From: Octopus bimaculoides
Taxonomy: Eukaryota
Length of the DNA: 64,000 nt
Direction of reading: 5' to 3'
NCBI RefSeq assembly: GCF_001194135.2
Contig: NC_068997.1
Span: 6,546,008-6,610,007, forward strand
Shown piece by piece: positions 51,985 to 64,000 of the stretch (the first letter of the stretch is position 1; each line of letters begins with the position of its first letter). The notes under the pieces were generated by a model that saw only the letters and a program-made list of their open reading frames with translations, searched no databases and was not told the DNA's origin. Both the position numbers and the translations under genes were made by a program.

Positions 51985-52235
51985 CCCTCTAGAAGATGAG
52001 CTGTGAACTTTATTCTCCAGTGAATTTCCCAGTCTAGAACTTTCATACATACTCACCTTGTCTCTGATGATGGAATAACTAGTGTACGAACACGCTAGCC
52101 TATCACTTGGGATATCCCAGAAACAGCCGTAAGACTTCAAATTCACCTTGCCCTAATTAAATATTCTAAATGACTTCAGATACTTGTCCTGCCTTGGATT
52201 TTGCTGTCCTTTTTTCTCTTATATAATATATACCT
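51985..52235 (+). mobile_element. Penelope-like-element-type terminal repeat fragment carrying a hammerhead motif
   Basis: Contains CTGATGA...GAAACAGCCGTA with flanking stem I; minimal hammerheads are an established hallmark of PLE pseudo-LTRs. PLE identity is inferred. Confidence 0.55.
52060..52135 (+). ncRNA. Type I hammerhead ribozyme motif (minimal helix III)
   Basis: Stem I GUCU (52060-63) pairs with AGAC (52132-35); core CUGAUGA 52064-70; helix II tggaata / tatccca with one mismatch; GAAAC 52120-24; AGCC; GUA cleavage triplet 52129-31. Confidence 0.7.
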
Positions 52236-52359
52236 CCTGACTTGGAAGCCTAATATGGATTCCTAGCTCCAGGCTCAGCTGAAAGATAACGAATGACCAA
52301 TTATAACACTTACTCAGCGTACCTATTCATTTAGATCACCAGTGAACTAAATCCCTCAT

Positions 52360-52403
<44 letters not shown>

Positions 52404-54004
52404 GTCAGATCTAATTACTCTTTATCTAAATATCTGCTTTATTCACAATTTAGAATTAATCTTATTCTATTAATAGGAGGAGCCCTATTAATAGGTGTTT
52501 GCTTTCTCATTGGTAATGCTTTTCCCTATATATGCATAAATGTAATTCTTTGCCTAAATTGCATTTCATATTTGAGGTTCCAATGAAGCTATGAGAATGT
52601 TACTCAGGTACTCAACTATGAGTCCACTGCATTTCTCAGCAGAAACAACTAATGAAATTTATAAGATAATTGTTTATTCCTTTGTCTCATTTCATTTTCT
52701 TATTACAGCTCTGTACTTGACTAATGCTTCATTCTGTAGCATATTCCTATTGAGTTCTACACCAGGTTATGAGAATTGCAGTAAGTGAAATCACCATCAT
52801 CTAAAACAAATATAAATACACACACACATATTTCATTTCTGTTTTGTAAGAAACATGATAGTGACGGAATATACTAAATTCTTGATTCATGCATCATTAA
52901 CTAAGACAAAAAACACTTTGTGTAACCAACAACAATAATAACAACAACAACAACAACAACATAAATATTAGTGCATTTAATTACTATACTGGGATAAAGT
53001 GGATGAAAAATGTCTTACCATCCATTTGATGTCCATGGATGTGAGAGAATGGAAGAAAGAGAAGGCAAGCATTAGAGGAACGCTACGAGGAGATTATGAC
53101 TTGAGAGAAGGGCAACAGAATGATGATAAAAGATTAATATAGTTCAAATATAAATTAGTCTTATTTATTTTTATATCACAAATGGTCTTCCATCATTTCA
53201 TTTTCTCATAAATAATGACAACAATGATGATGATGATGATGATGATGATGACTATTGACAACAGCTACTTGAAAAACAATTTGATTATTAATAATTGTAT
53301 CATTTTCACAGTTAAAAACAAACACTGAGAGTATTCCAAACATTTTACTGGTTGCGGAGCACTGCTCTATAGCACCCATTTTAATATATTCACTTGTTAC
53401 AAGTATAACTGCTTTTTATTTTTTAAAAATATACTGAAATATATTCACAAGCATTGTTACATGTAGGACAATTAAAAATCTTCTTAATTCAATAATAATA
53501 TTTTCCAGTTTCTAATGATGATATTTGTTCACAAGAACATATTAAAACCCTCACCAAACTTACCTTAATGGCTCAAACCAAAATAAAATATCTGTTATCT
53601 CTCCAAGAGACAAGTGATAAATTTCATATGTGTCTGTTTATGATGTCTTCACATCAGTCATTAAATCACATTCACTGATGCAAATTGCAAAATATCTTAC
53701 GTTTTCAAATACAATCTGAAAATGTTTGTTGCATTATGCAATGATGTTTCCTAAGAGTAAAGTATTGAACACAGAAAGACTGCCTTTATTCTGAGTATAA
53801 CAGCTCCATTAATTTCGTTCTAATGTGACTTTTGGCCGATGTAATTAGAAAGAAGTGTTTCTAGAATAATACAGACACATTTAGTTATCAACTGACAATG
53901 AAGAGAAAGAACCACAAACCCTTCATTAAGAGAAGTTGGGGAGAAAGGGGAAAAATAAATAAAATATAGAGTATAATCACAGCTGGAACAAGAGGAAAGC
54001 CATA

Positions 54005-54007
<3 letters not shown>

Positions 54008-54089
<82 letters not shown>
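54008..54089. repeat. (AG)n microsatellite
   Basis: Direct reading. (TA)n tracts also occur at about 47775-47848, 52365-52400 and flanking gap 57860-58522. Confidence 0.95.
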
Positions 54090-54093
<4 letters not shown>

Positions 54094-54801
54094 TGAAACA
54101 ATTAAGTGAATGACAGCAAGGACAGATCTAAGTATTTCAAAGATATTTGCTGAGGTGATGAAAAAATATTAGGAGAAATTGATGTTATATGTCATATTAG
54201 TCACATGATTAACTGATTAGACTTGAAAGTGTTGTAGTCAATGGTATAGCAGTTCCATCATCAATTACTGAATAAGATGTAGTAAAGAAGAAAAGAGTTT
54301 TTCAGGTTAATGGATCAAGTTACAAAGATAATAAAAAGTGTGAAGGCAAAGTTAGAGTAAGATAGATTTGAGTTGCTTTGAATGCAGTTTGACCTTATGA
54401 AAGGGCATGGTACTACAGGGTCTATTCTTCTGCAGAAATAAGTGTAAAAGGCAAATAACCATCTTTTGCATTTATTGAACTAGGAAAGTAGTAGTAGGTC
54501 ATTTCTGAAGGACCCCCTGGTCTCAGAAAAGAGGATACAGAGTTGGGAGATCCAACACACTCAACATGGAAAGGAGGTAGTAGTGGTGGTGGTGGTGGTG
54601 ATGATGGTGATGATGATGATAATGGTGATAGTGATTACAATATAATTAGAAATGATCCTTTAAATGAGGGTCAAATATTTTCGGTTAATCTTACGTCATT
54701 TAAGGATTTAAAAATAAAGAACAAAACAAGAAAATAAAGTATGAATATTTCAACAAAACAAACATAACAGTAAAAATTAATGAAATTGTTTTTCTACTGA
54801 C

Positions 54802-54927
54802 CAAGAGTAATAGAGGAGTTAGAAATCACAATTGCATCATCCATATTAGTCTGTAACCGTTGCTGACCATCTCGAAGGCCATCATATGCTGTTAACATAA
54901 CATTTTCTTTCTCTTTGGTACTTTTAC
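54802..54927 (-). CDS. AGAP1: AGAP exon within the split-PH insert
   Basis: 126 nt, phase 1-1, KSTKEKENVMLTAYDGLRDGQQRLQTNMDDAIVISNSSITL; poly-T acceptor, GTCAGT donor; in frame with both neighbours. Confidence 0.75.
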
Positions 54928-56855
54928 CTATGCAAAAAAAAAAAAGGATAAACATTTTTTTTTTTTTTTTCCTGGTCTTTTGAAATCCTTTTTACTTAAT
55001 TTGCTAACTTTCCAAGTTAGGAAAAAGAGATCAAAACACAACATTAAATTTGGTCACAAAACATTACTTGTGGCTGCAGGATTTCTTTGCTTTAGCCTCA
55101 AAAAGGAAAATGGGATTAAACTGAAAATTATTGGGGAACAAAAATGTTTTCCAAGTTATTTAGGAATGAAAAGTGACAAAAAAATTTCAAATGAAAAACT
55201 AAATGTTAAATTCTATAAATTAAATACAATTAAATTTTCTGTAAAATGAAAAGAAAAATTCTAGCAACACAGAATCCTAAGTTAATAAAATGATGATGAT
55301 GAAAGGTCCTTTATTGAATTTACTGTGGAATTTCTTTGAAGAAATAGTGCAGATAGGAGAAAACAAAAACAAAACAGGATTAATTTTACATTAGAGTATT
55401 TCAGAGAAAATTTCTCATTACATTGCAAAATAATATCAATATTATTTTCATAAAATTCACGTTAAAATGTTGAAGTTAAACTTGAATATTTCTTGAGAGG
55501 TCAAGACAGAAACGAGAAATAAATCTCAAGTAGATCTCAATCCCCAAATGAGATGAACACTCCAGTGCATTTACCAATTCTAATACCAGAAACATCCATT
55601 CATTTATTCTGAAAGAGTTGGCCATATCAATAGCAACTGATGCTACAAGGCAACAATGGTAAAACTTCTGCTTTTGCCAAAAAGGCTCCTAACTTATAAT
55701 AATGGTCAAAATTCAAAAACTCCAGCCTTGTCTCAGAAGAGAGTGCAGCATGTTTTTGATATCTAGAAAGGAAGTACATCAAATCCAATTCTATGATTGA
55801 AAGTAACCATTATTTTCTAAGGTTACTGTCTTCATGGTTAGCATTAGTTATCATTAATATTGAGAACATGTCCAAAGCTTACTCTATGACAGAGAAAGAT
55901 AGACAAACCAAAGAAAGATCAATGGTAGAACTGATAGAAACCGATTCTGCTCCTACTTCACAAATGAGTGGTCAGAAGTAACAAGGGTAACCAACTATAA
56001 AAATCAATTTCTAAAGCAAAAATCATCCCACCCAGGCTAGATTTGGAGTAAAACATAAACACATATTCAATGTTATCAAATGGGATCAAATCAACCTCAT
56101 GGAATTAGCAGCCAAATCTCCCTCAAATCAGACCTTATTGTTTCTAAAAATAAAAAATGCAGATTCAACAATGTAGGACTAAAAATACGTCTGAAAATAA
56201 GACAAAATATTTGAATCTACCAATTGTTTGGATCTCAGGCCTGTTTCAATTAGGGCTGAGCTGGGGTTAAAGAACAATGCATATAGAATATAAATAAGCA
56301 CAGATATTAAGTCAAAATGAAGAGCACAAGTAGAAACATAGACACAACTGTCCCTTCATCAGCTGTTGATGAGGGTCAAAATGATTTCAGTTCTTCAACA
56401 AAAGGACTGTGTGCTTCAAAGTGCTAATAGAGTCTATAGCAAATGCTACTAAGGAATGGTTTAGTTAGGAAAAGTGAATGGGACAGTGTCACATGAAATA
56501 ATGATTTTGCAATAACATGAAGCCAGATGACAAACCCATCTATTTACTGCTCTAACAACAGCAACAACAACAGATTGATTATATTTTAAGCATTCAGTCT
56601 TTAACATTTGAAGAGTGACATGAATTATTTATGTAAACAAAAATATAAAAAATAAAAAAAAAGAAGAGCTAAATAAATCTTTCTAAAGTTATTAACAGAA
56701 ACAATACAGTTTGAAGATTTTAAACCTACCAAGTAATACAAGCAAACTGGTTCATAAATCTCAATTTCTAGCTATGATAAAACTTTGGCTTTAGAATATA
56801 ATCTGCAGAGCAGTTAACGAGTAAAATATTCCTAAGACTAAAGCACAGAAAATAC

Positions 56856-56994
56856 CATTTGTTGTCATACTTGCTGGCCCCATTACAGATGGATTGGTGG
56901 ATATCCCTCGGCTGCCCTTTGGTCGCAGACCAGGAATTTTCACTGTCGTCCGCACCAAATTAATCTCTTTACCATGCACTTCATCCATATAGTC
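56856..56994 (-). CDS. AGAP1: AGAP exon, PH domain and start of the PH insert
   Basis: 139 nt, DYMDEVHGKEINLVRTTVKIPGLRPKGSRGISTNPSVMGPASMTTN(G). Confidence 0.95.
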
Positions 56995-58522
56995 CTGTTA
57001 AAAAGATAAAACAATCATAGAAGGAAAATTCTAATTTTTTTTCAAAATTTATTATCAAAAGATATTAATATTCTATTAGTCATAATAAGATGAAGTAATT
57101 AAAAACAAAGAGTCACATATCTACAATATTAATATGCTTGTGCCCCATAATGTCCATGAGGCTTAAAAAAAAAAGCTTCCATTTACAGAGGGAAAAATAA
57201 GGAAACCCACAGACTTATAAGCCTTAGCCACCACAAGTGATATACTGAGAACTGTAATAGTTTGTCATTAAAATGGTGGATTGTATGTAGGGATGTTAGT
57301 TAATGGTGGTGGTGATGGTGGTTATAGTAAGTAGGTGACGGAAAACACTTGATTTTTAGCATACACACTAAGGTGCCTCTGTTAAATTGTCATCTGCTAT
57401 CAATGAAGATCGGACCAGTTATTTATTTACTTGATTTTGTAAAATACAGACAGATAACATGAGCTAAAATGAGAGAGAGAACAAGAGCGGAGAAAAAGAA
57501 GAGGTAAGGGTAGAAGGATGAATCACTGGAATAAGCCAGAGAGCAGCAGAGAAGAGAAAATATGAAAGAAAGACAATGCAATGAATATGGACAACAATGA
57601 AAGAAAGAATTCACAGAAACAAACTCTGCAGATATCTTAGTTGTGAACAACCCTGAATGTCTTGGACTGAGATAGGTTTATAATATCTTTCTTCAATAAT
57701 GTTATTTTTTATTTGCTAATATTTATTCATTATAAAAACTATCTAAATAATAGTTAGATTCAATTACCAATGACTTCATTCTTAAACAAGAGAGAGTTGT
57801 TATGGCTTATCTCACTGGTTAAATTATACTCTCTTGAATAAGATGAAAATTATATATATNNNNNNNNNNNNNNNNNNNNNNNNNNNNNNNNNNNNNNNNN
57901 NNNNNNNNNNNNNNNNNNNNNNNNNNNNNNNNNNNNNNNNNNNNNNNNNNNNNNNNNNNNNNNNNNNNNNNNNNNNNNNNNNNNNNNNNNNNNNNNNNNN
58001 NNNNNNNNNNNNNNNNNNNNNNNNNNNNNNNNNNNNNNNNNNNNNNNNNNNNNNNNNNNNNNNNNNNNNNNNNNNNNNNNNNNNNNNNNNNNNNNNNNNN
58101 NNNNNNNNNNNNNNNNNNNNNNNNNNNNNNNNNNNNNNNNNNNNNNNNNNNNNNNNNNNNNNNNNNNNNNNNNNNNNNNNNNNNNNNNNNNNNNNNNNNN
58201 NNNNNNNNNNNNNNNNNNNNNNNNNNNNNNNNNNNNNNNNNNNNNNNNNNNNNNNNNNNNNNNNNNNNNNNNNNNNNNNNNNNNNNNNNNNNNNNNNNNN
58301 NNNNNNNNNNNNNNNNNNNNNNNNNNNNNNNNNNNNNNNNNNNNNNNNNNNNNNNNNNNNNNNNNNNNNNNNNNNNNNNNNNNNNNNNNNNNNNNNNNNN
58401 NNNNNNNNNNNNNNNNNNNNNNNNNNNNNNNNNNNNNNNNNNNNNNNNNNNNNNNNNNNNNNNNNNNNNNNNNNNNNNNNNNNNNNNNNNNNNNNNNNNN
58501 NNNNNNNNNNNNNNNNNNNNNN

Positions 58523-58570
<48 letters not shown>

Positions 58571-60328
58571 CAATTCAGCAAATGAGTGTTTTAGGCCTAC
58601 AAAATCCCATGTTTTTCACTTCATCAAAATTATTATCTTTTTTGTTTTTTGTGTGTATGCATAAATAGATATATTCTTCTATAAACATTTAATCTCTCCA
58701 CTACTTTAACTATTCATATTTTTAGATGTCAAGTCAATATGTTAGCTTCATTTAAGTCCTAACTTTTACTCACATCTGTAACTTTATCTAAATCTAACAT
58801 CAAGCTTTTCCACTAAATTTCAAACACTTCAAACAATCCAAGTCGGATATATTTTCTTTAATTAATTTGAAAAAGTGGGTGTTTTGCAATATCTTGCAGC
58901 TGTCTCGACAGGGGTTTATTATTGTGAAAAAGTGAACTAGTGAGGAGGAGAGGTGAGCTTGCACGAGAAGAGCTTCTCTCAGACTCACAGCAAAATCATA
59001 TACCAAGTCTAAATTCACACTGTGGTACAGGATCAAGTCTCTTTAGTATTACCTGTGCAAGGATTTTATTGAGAACAGGTAGCAAGTGTCACTGTAGGGG
59101 TTTTCAGTCATGGTATACTTTCCTTTTTCCTTTGCACACTTACCTGATTGATGATACACAGAAAAATCTTATAAAATTTTATCTTCAAATTTTGGCACAA
59201 GGACCAGGAAGTTTAGAAAGAGCGGAGGGGGGACGGTTAAGTCGATCATATCAACCGACCCACTGTTTAGCTGTTACTCATTTTAATGACCTCGAGAGGA
59301 TGAAAGGCAAAGTTGACCTCGGCAGAATTTGAACTCGGAACATAAGCATGGATGAAATGCCACTAAGCATGTGGCCTGGGGTGCTAACAATTATGCCAAG
59401 CTCATTGCCTTATGTTCTCATAAAATATTAATGAGTTAAATGATTTATAAGTTTCTATAAAGATGGTGCTAAAGGGAACTTCATTCCTACCTTGATTTCT
59501 TACACGTTTAAATATAGTTTCTTTTATTATTTGGTTTTGGATGAATAAAACTACAACATTGACAACATGAGAACCAGGCGGTTCTGGCAACGACTACGCT
59601 CATGCTCAAAAGGTGTTTTTAGCTATTTCTGGCAGATTGCACAAACTAAATTTGTTTTTGAGTGTTCTAACAATCTTCCGTGGCATATGTTATGTAGCCA
59701 AGATAATTGTTAGAAATTTTAGATAAAACAGTTTATGGTGTGTTTACCTAACTTAATCTCAATAATTTTGAAGTTTGAGCATTAAATTAACTGACAGTTG
59801 CTGCATGGTTCAATTGTTGTTGAGGAGACAACATGATACATATTTTTTCTTTTAAACTCTTGCATTTTCATGTTACTGAAAATTAAACATTTTGTTTCAA
59901 TAGATCAACAGTCTTGGCAAAGATATTTTAATTCCCTCTAAATGTTTCTCAAAATATCCTAAAAGTTTAATGTGATTTACTTGAGTATAAAGAAGACAAA
60001 GCAAGTGACTAGTATCAAACAGCTTAACCAACTCATGTGCACTTGAAAGAAGGGGGGGGGCATATACACACACCTCCCTTAAAAGTTTGTTTCAGATAAA
60101 AGTTACAAGAAACATGTATAGTTTATGTTCAAATTTAAACTTTTAGCATTTTCACTTCTTTTAATTGTTAGGAAACTGTAAATCAACAAAATTGCTGCAA
60201 CTTTGTTCAAAGAAAAGAAACACCTTCAAGTTAAACAATAAAAATTTCAAATGCTTTCATATGATTTAAACTTAATAGATTTACAGTAATACACTTTAGT
60301 TACTGCATAAATATTATCAAGTACTTAC

Positions 60329-60430
60329 ATGTAAACTAGGATGATAGGTCAATCTGCCATCATCTAACAAAGCCACATACTTTTTCTTCCATTCTTTGTT
60401 CAAGCCATGGCTTCGTTTGTATAAATAACC
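60329..60430 (-). CDS. AGAP1: AGAP exon, PH domain N-half
   Basis: 102 nt, [34 protein letters not shown]. Confidence 0.95.
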
Positions 60431-60753
60431 CTGAATGAAAAGACAGGAAAGATCATCATCATCATCATCATCACCATCATCATCAAGCATCCGTTTTTCC
60501 ATGCTGGCATTGGTTGGACATTATGACAGGAGCTGGTAAGGTGGAGGACTGACCAGGCCCCAGTCATCTGTTTTGGCAAGGGTTCTACAGCTGGATGCCC
60601 TTCCTAACACCAACCACTTTACAGCACACACACACACACACACACACAAATACATGCACATACATTATATTCTTGAAAATGCAAGAGAACATTATACAGA
60701 GTTGAATTTTTTTCTGGACGTTCAGACAGAGAAAACTTTAATCTGAATTGTTT

Positions 60754-60940
60754 TAAATTCAAATTACGACAAACGTAAACAAGCAAGCGAAGCTTGCTTT
60801 TAGAAGCGTTGAGATGTCTTTTTTATAGAAAGTTAAAGAAGTGATGTTTAAATTCTCAATCGCAGAATAATGCTAATAATATAGCCTGAACAGGATAAAC
60901 TATCCCTATTTTTGCAGAGAAAAGTGTAGGTGGCCAGCTG
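60754..60940 (+). repeat. Second, single (non-folded) copy of the 187-bp element at 9955-10141
   Basis: Near-identical base by base to 9955-10141 (a handful of substitutions); contains the hairpin aagcaagc-gaa-gcttgctt. Confidence 0.95.
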
Positions 60941-60991
60941 CTTTAACCTTTCAATTAGAAAAAAAAAAAAAGTAATAATCATTTCCATTAC

Positions 60992-61060
60992 CTGTTTTAT
61001 AGGTATAACTCGACCACTTCCTAGTTTTTCTGTTTCTAATTTTTTCTCATCATCCTTTTT
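60992..61060 (-). CDS. AGAP1: AGAP/centaurin-gamma (AGAP1/CenG1A-like) exon, start of PH domain; upstream exons lie outside the window
   Basis: 69 nt, KKDDEKKLETEKLGSGRVIPIKQ; LGSGRxIPIKQ is the AGAP PH entry motif; AG/GT. Confidence 0.9.
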
Positions 61061-64000
61061 CTGTAGTAAGAAAGAGTGTTATGAATATTAGTGGGGGAAA
61101 ACATGAACAAAAAGGAAATTTGTAACCAATGTTGACTGAAAATATTTTTGACTGTAGTCATGTATACATATTCTTCCCTTTTTTTGTTTAGAATAGAATT
61201 TCTTTGATTTTATTTTTAGAAATTTATATTTGATTTTTGTCATTTATAACCTCCTGTTTACACCAACACTGAACATACGTATGAACAAATAATACGCAAA
61301 TAACAAAATATAAAGAGTAAGAAAAATATGATGAATAGAGAAAGATGTCATAATGGTGTATATGATTAATTATTATGTAATCAAATTTCATTTAATTAGT
61401 GCAATACCAATAATTTCCATAGTGTCTTACAGTAGTAACATTTAGTATCTCTTAATGATTCTGAGAAAATTGTTACTACTTCTGTGGTAGAAGAATTAAT
61501 GTAGAAGAGTTAGGTTATAGGCTTTGAATTATCTAGATCAATTTCAGACTTAAAATTCTATTTTCCTTACACATTTCTAAGATAAAGGATTACTATGGGA
61601 ATCTCAAAATGTTTTGCACTTACATAAAATTGGCCATTAAATTTGACACAATACATTCCTATTCTAAAGAACAATGACCGCACGGTTAGCGATATTGAAA
61701 TTTTGTGAGTTGCATTCAAAAGCCAAGAAAAATAATTTTTATGATAAAAAGTATCTTTATATATAAAAAAAACAAAAAACAAAATGTCAAGCTGGCAAGA
61801 AAACTTCTATGTGGTTGCACATTATACGAGTAATAGCAGCCATATCTCCTTGAAATCCAATTCTTCTATTGTCTTAAAAAAGGACATAGTGGACATGTTC
61901 TAAATATACAAACAGATGAAATGGTCACAACAAGAATACCTTTGACCATAGTTCAAAAAGGGATGAGATATGAGGCTAAACAACAATAATCATTATAAGA
62001 ATATATCACCACAAGAGATTCTAGAATTACAGATTGAAACACAGACAACAAGGATTACTAAATGATTATTCATGACAACTATGAAATTGTTTAAGATGAT
62101 AGAAAATGAAGAAATATGTTGGGGTGAAAACAGTTCACATTTACTTCCCTGTACAATGTGAATGACTGACAGTCAGATCTCTTAGAGTATTAATGTCAGA
62201 GTCTGACTTTTCTGATGTCATATTCTTCTGAAGACAACTTTGACCATTATTGCACTGGAGTCAATAAAAGGAGCAGTAGTTGATTTATTTGTTTTTCATT
62301 TATAAACAGTTTTAAAATGTTACTGTGTTTATTAAATCAAGTATGAGGTTAGTTTTCAGCTTCCATTTAAAACTAGTTACGGAAAAAGTAGCATCAAGTA
62401 TTGCAAGACCTATTTGATTTCTCCCAGAGATTTCAGATTTAGCCATTTAAAAGAAACAAGGATTTCTAATTTTTATTTATTAAACCAATCAAATACCATA
62501 AACTGATTTATTTAAAGACATGGACTCACTAAGCTTAAAAGCAGGACAGAAATTACAAGCAAAACAAGAACCAGTTAAGAAAAGAGGCAGAGAAAACAGG
62601 TGTCGTAAAAAAGACACGAATGGGTAGGAAGTCAAGGTAAAAAGATTAGTACAAACTAATAGAAGACAATCAACAGTATTTTGCAAACCTAGTTAACTGT
62701 AAAAGTATAGATAGCAGCAATGTTGTAATAAAATCTCTAAGTTCACAAAAATGATCTTTCTATAAAACTGGAGAGAGTTTAGAATATCATTTAACAGGAT
62801 TTTATATATTGTTCACATATTTCTTTTAATACTGTAAATTGATTAAAAAGGATGAAACTTGATAACAAGCATGGATAGACATGTATATGTGGTCATAGAA
62901 TTAAGCTGAAGCAAGCAAAGATTGGTAATATACTTCTAATGAAAACACTTAGTTGCTAATTATATAATAATTAACTAATTTTAAAACATTTCATTAAATA
63001 GTATGTTGTGTATAAAATCCATTATATGAAAATGGAACCCTTAAAAAAGAACTGATAATGAAATAAGTGTTACACTGATACAATTATTAATCTTATCCAC
63101 CTTGTAAAAGTAAAGCTATCTTTCCAACTGACAAATAACTCAACTTATTAAACGGTTACTTTGATCTCTGTAAAACAATATTAATAATATTTAGATACAC
63201 ATTAAAATAATAATGTTAACTGAAAATGTATTGTTTAATCACAAATAATTGTTCAGAAGTTAACTGCCATGCATTACTGAGGTTTAACTGATTTTAGCTT
63301 CGTTTACGCTTGAAAATATGCTAGTAATATTTTGAAAGAAAAACATTTATATCCACGGGAATAAATCTTATGAAGACTTAGCGAAATTGTTTTGCTTACA
63401 TATCAACTAAAGACAAAAAAAAAAAAAATCTACTGAATCTGTTTCATATAAGAAATGATTTCTTCCTCCTCAGATGTAGCTATGTAGAAGTAACAGTTGA
63501 AGAACAGAATTTGTAAAATGATCATAAACAATTTAATACAAACAGAAGAAAAGGTTTGTCTCTGTGATAAAGCCTTACCAATAGGCTTCAAAATCTCTAT
63601 GTTTAATAATATATATAAGTTTTTCCAAGTAACTCTTTAGATTATGACACATTGTCTTTCTAGTTTGCCAAAAACGTTATGAACCCTCCTGCAAAGTAAG
63701 AGTCTGGTTATACGATTTGGCAACAACAGAGAAATTGAAGTGATGATTTTAAGGGATCAATAAATAAAAACAAAGGGAAAAAATAAAAATAAAAAGAATA
63801 GTTGAAAAGTCTCAAGAAACAAGCAGGGCAATATAAGGGTAACAAGAAGACAATGAAACAAACGAAAATGTTCCAACATTCTGTCCAAGAGAACTGATCA
63901 TGGACAATACACTAAAATACAGGCAACAGAAAGCAAATGGAATGAAAGCTGTGAATGGTGTTGAGAGAAAACACCAATATTAAGATGCTGCTAACTGATG

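Noticed and set aside
53015-53110. Cryptic AGAP exon with a GTAAGA donor
   Set aside because: The candidate acceptors give either a frameshift (64 nt) or an in-frame stop (81 nt), and there is no homology.
62489-62686. Additional upstream AGAP exon
   Set aside because: The 37-nt AG/GT candidate breaks frame and lacks the expected RRxSNLF motif. Upstream exons are probably beyond 64000.

Overview
Eukaryotic, AT-rich, repeat-dense draft-assembly scaffold with 8 N-gaps. The repeat families look like those of Octopus/coleoid cephalopods (inference). Two spliced genes lie on the minus strand in tandem. (1) The 3' part of an AGAP/centaurin-gamma Arf-GAP gene: split PH, ArfGAP zinc finger, ankyrin repeats. 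It has 11 visible exons from 61060 to the stop at 39262, two of them cut by gaps. (2) The 5' part of cytoplasmic methionyl-tRNA synthetase MARS1: 13 exons from the ATG at 19397 to 1215, running off the window. All fully visible exons have GT-AG ends, and phases match across every junction not hidden by a gap. The rest is introns and intergenic DNA with RTE, CR1/L2-like, CRE-like and Hero-like LINE fragments, mariner/maT/hAT remnants, piggyBac-type MITEs, several SINE families and microsatellites. The most notable observations: a PHD-finger (C4HC3) module inside the RT domain of the local RTE family; a type I hammerhead ribozyme motif in an AGAP intron; a young fold-back element in a MARS1 intron; two 5'-inverted LINE structures; a duplicated MARS1 promoter segment; and AGAP-MARS1 linkage that resembles human AGAP2-MARS1. 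No prokaryote-type system (CRISPR etc.) is supported. TE clade assignments come from motif recognition, not database searches, and repeat boundaries are approximate.
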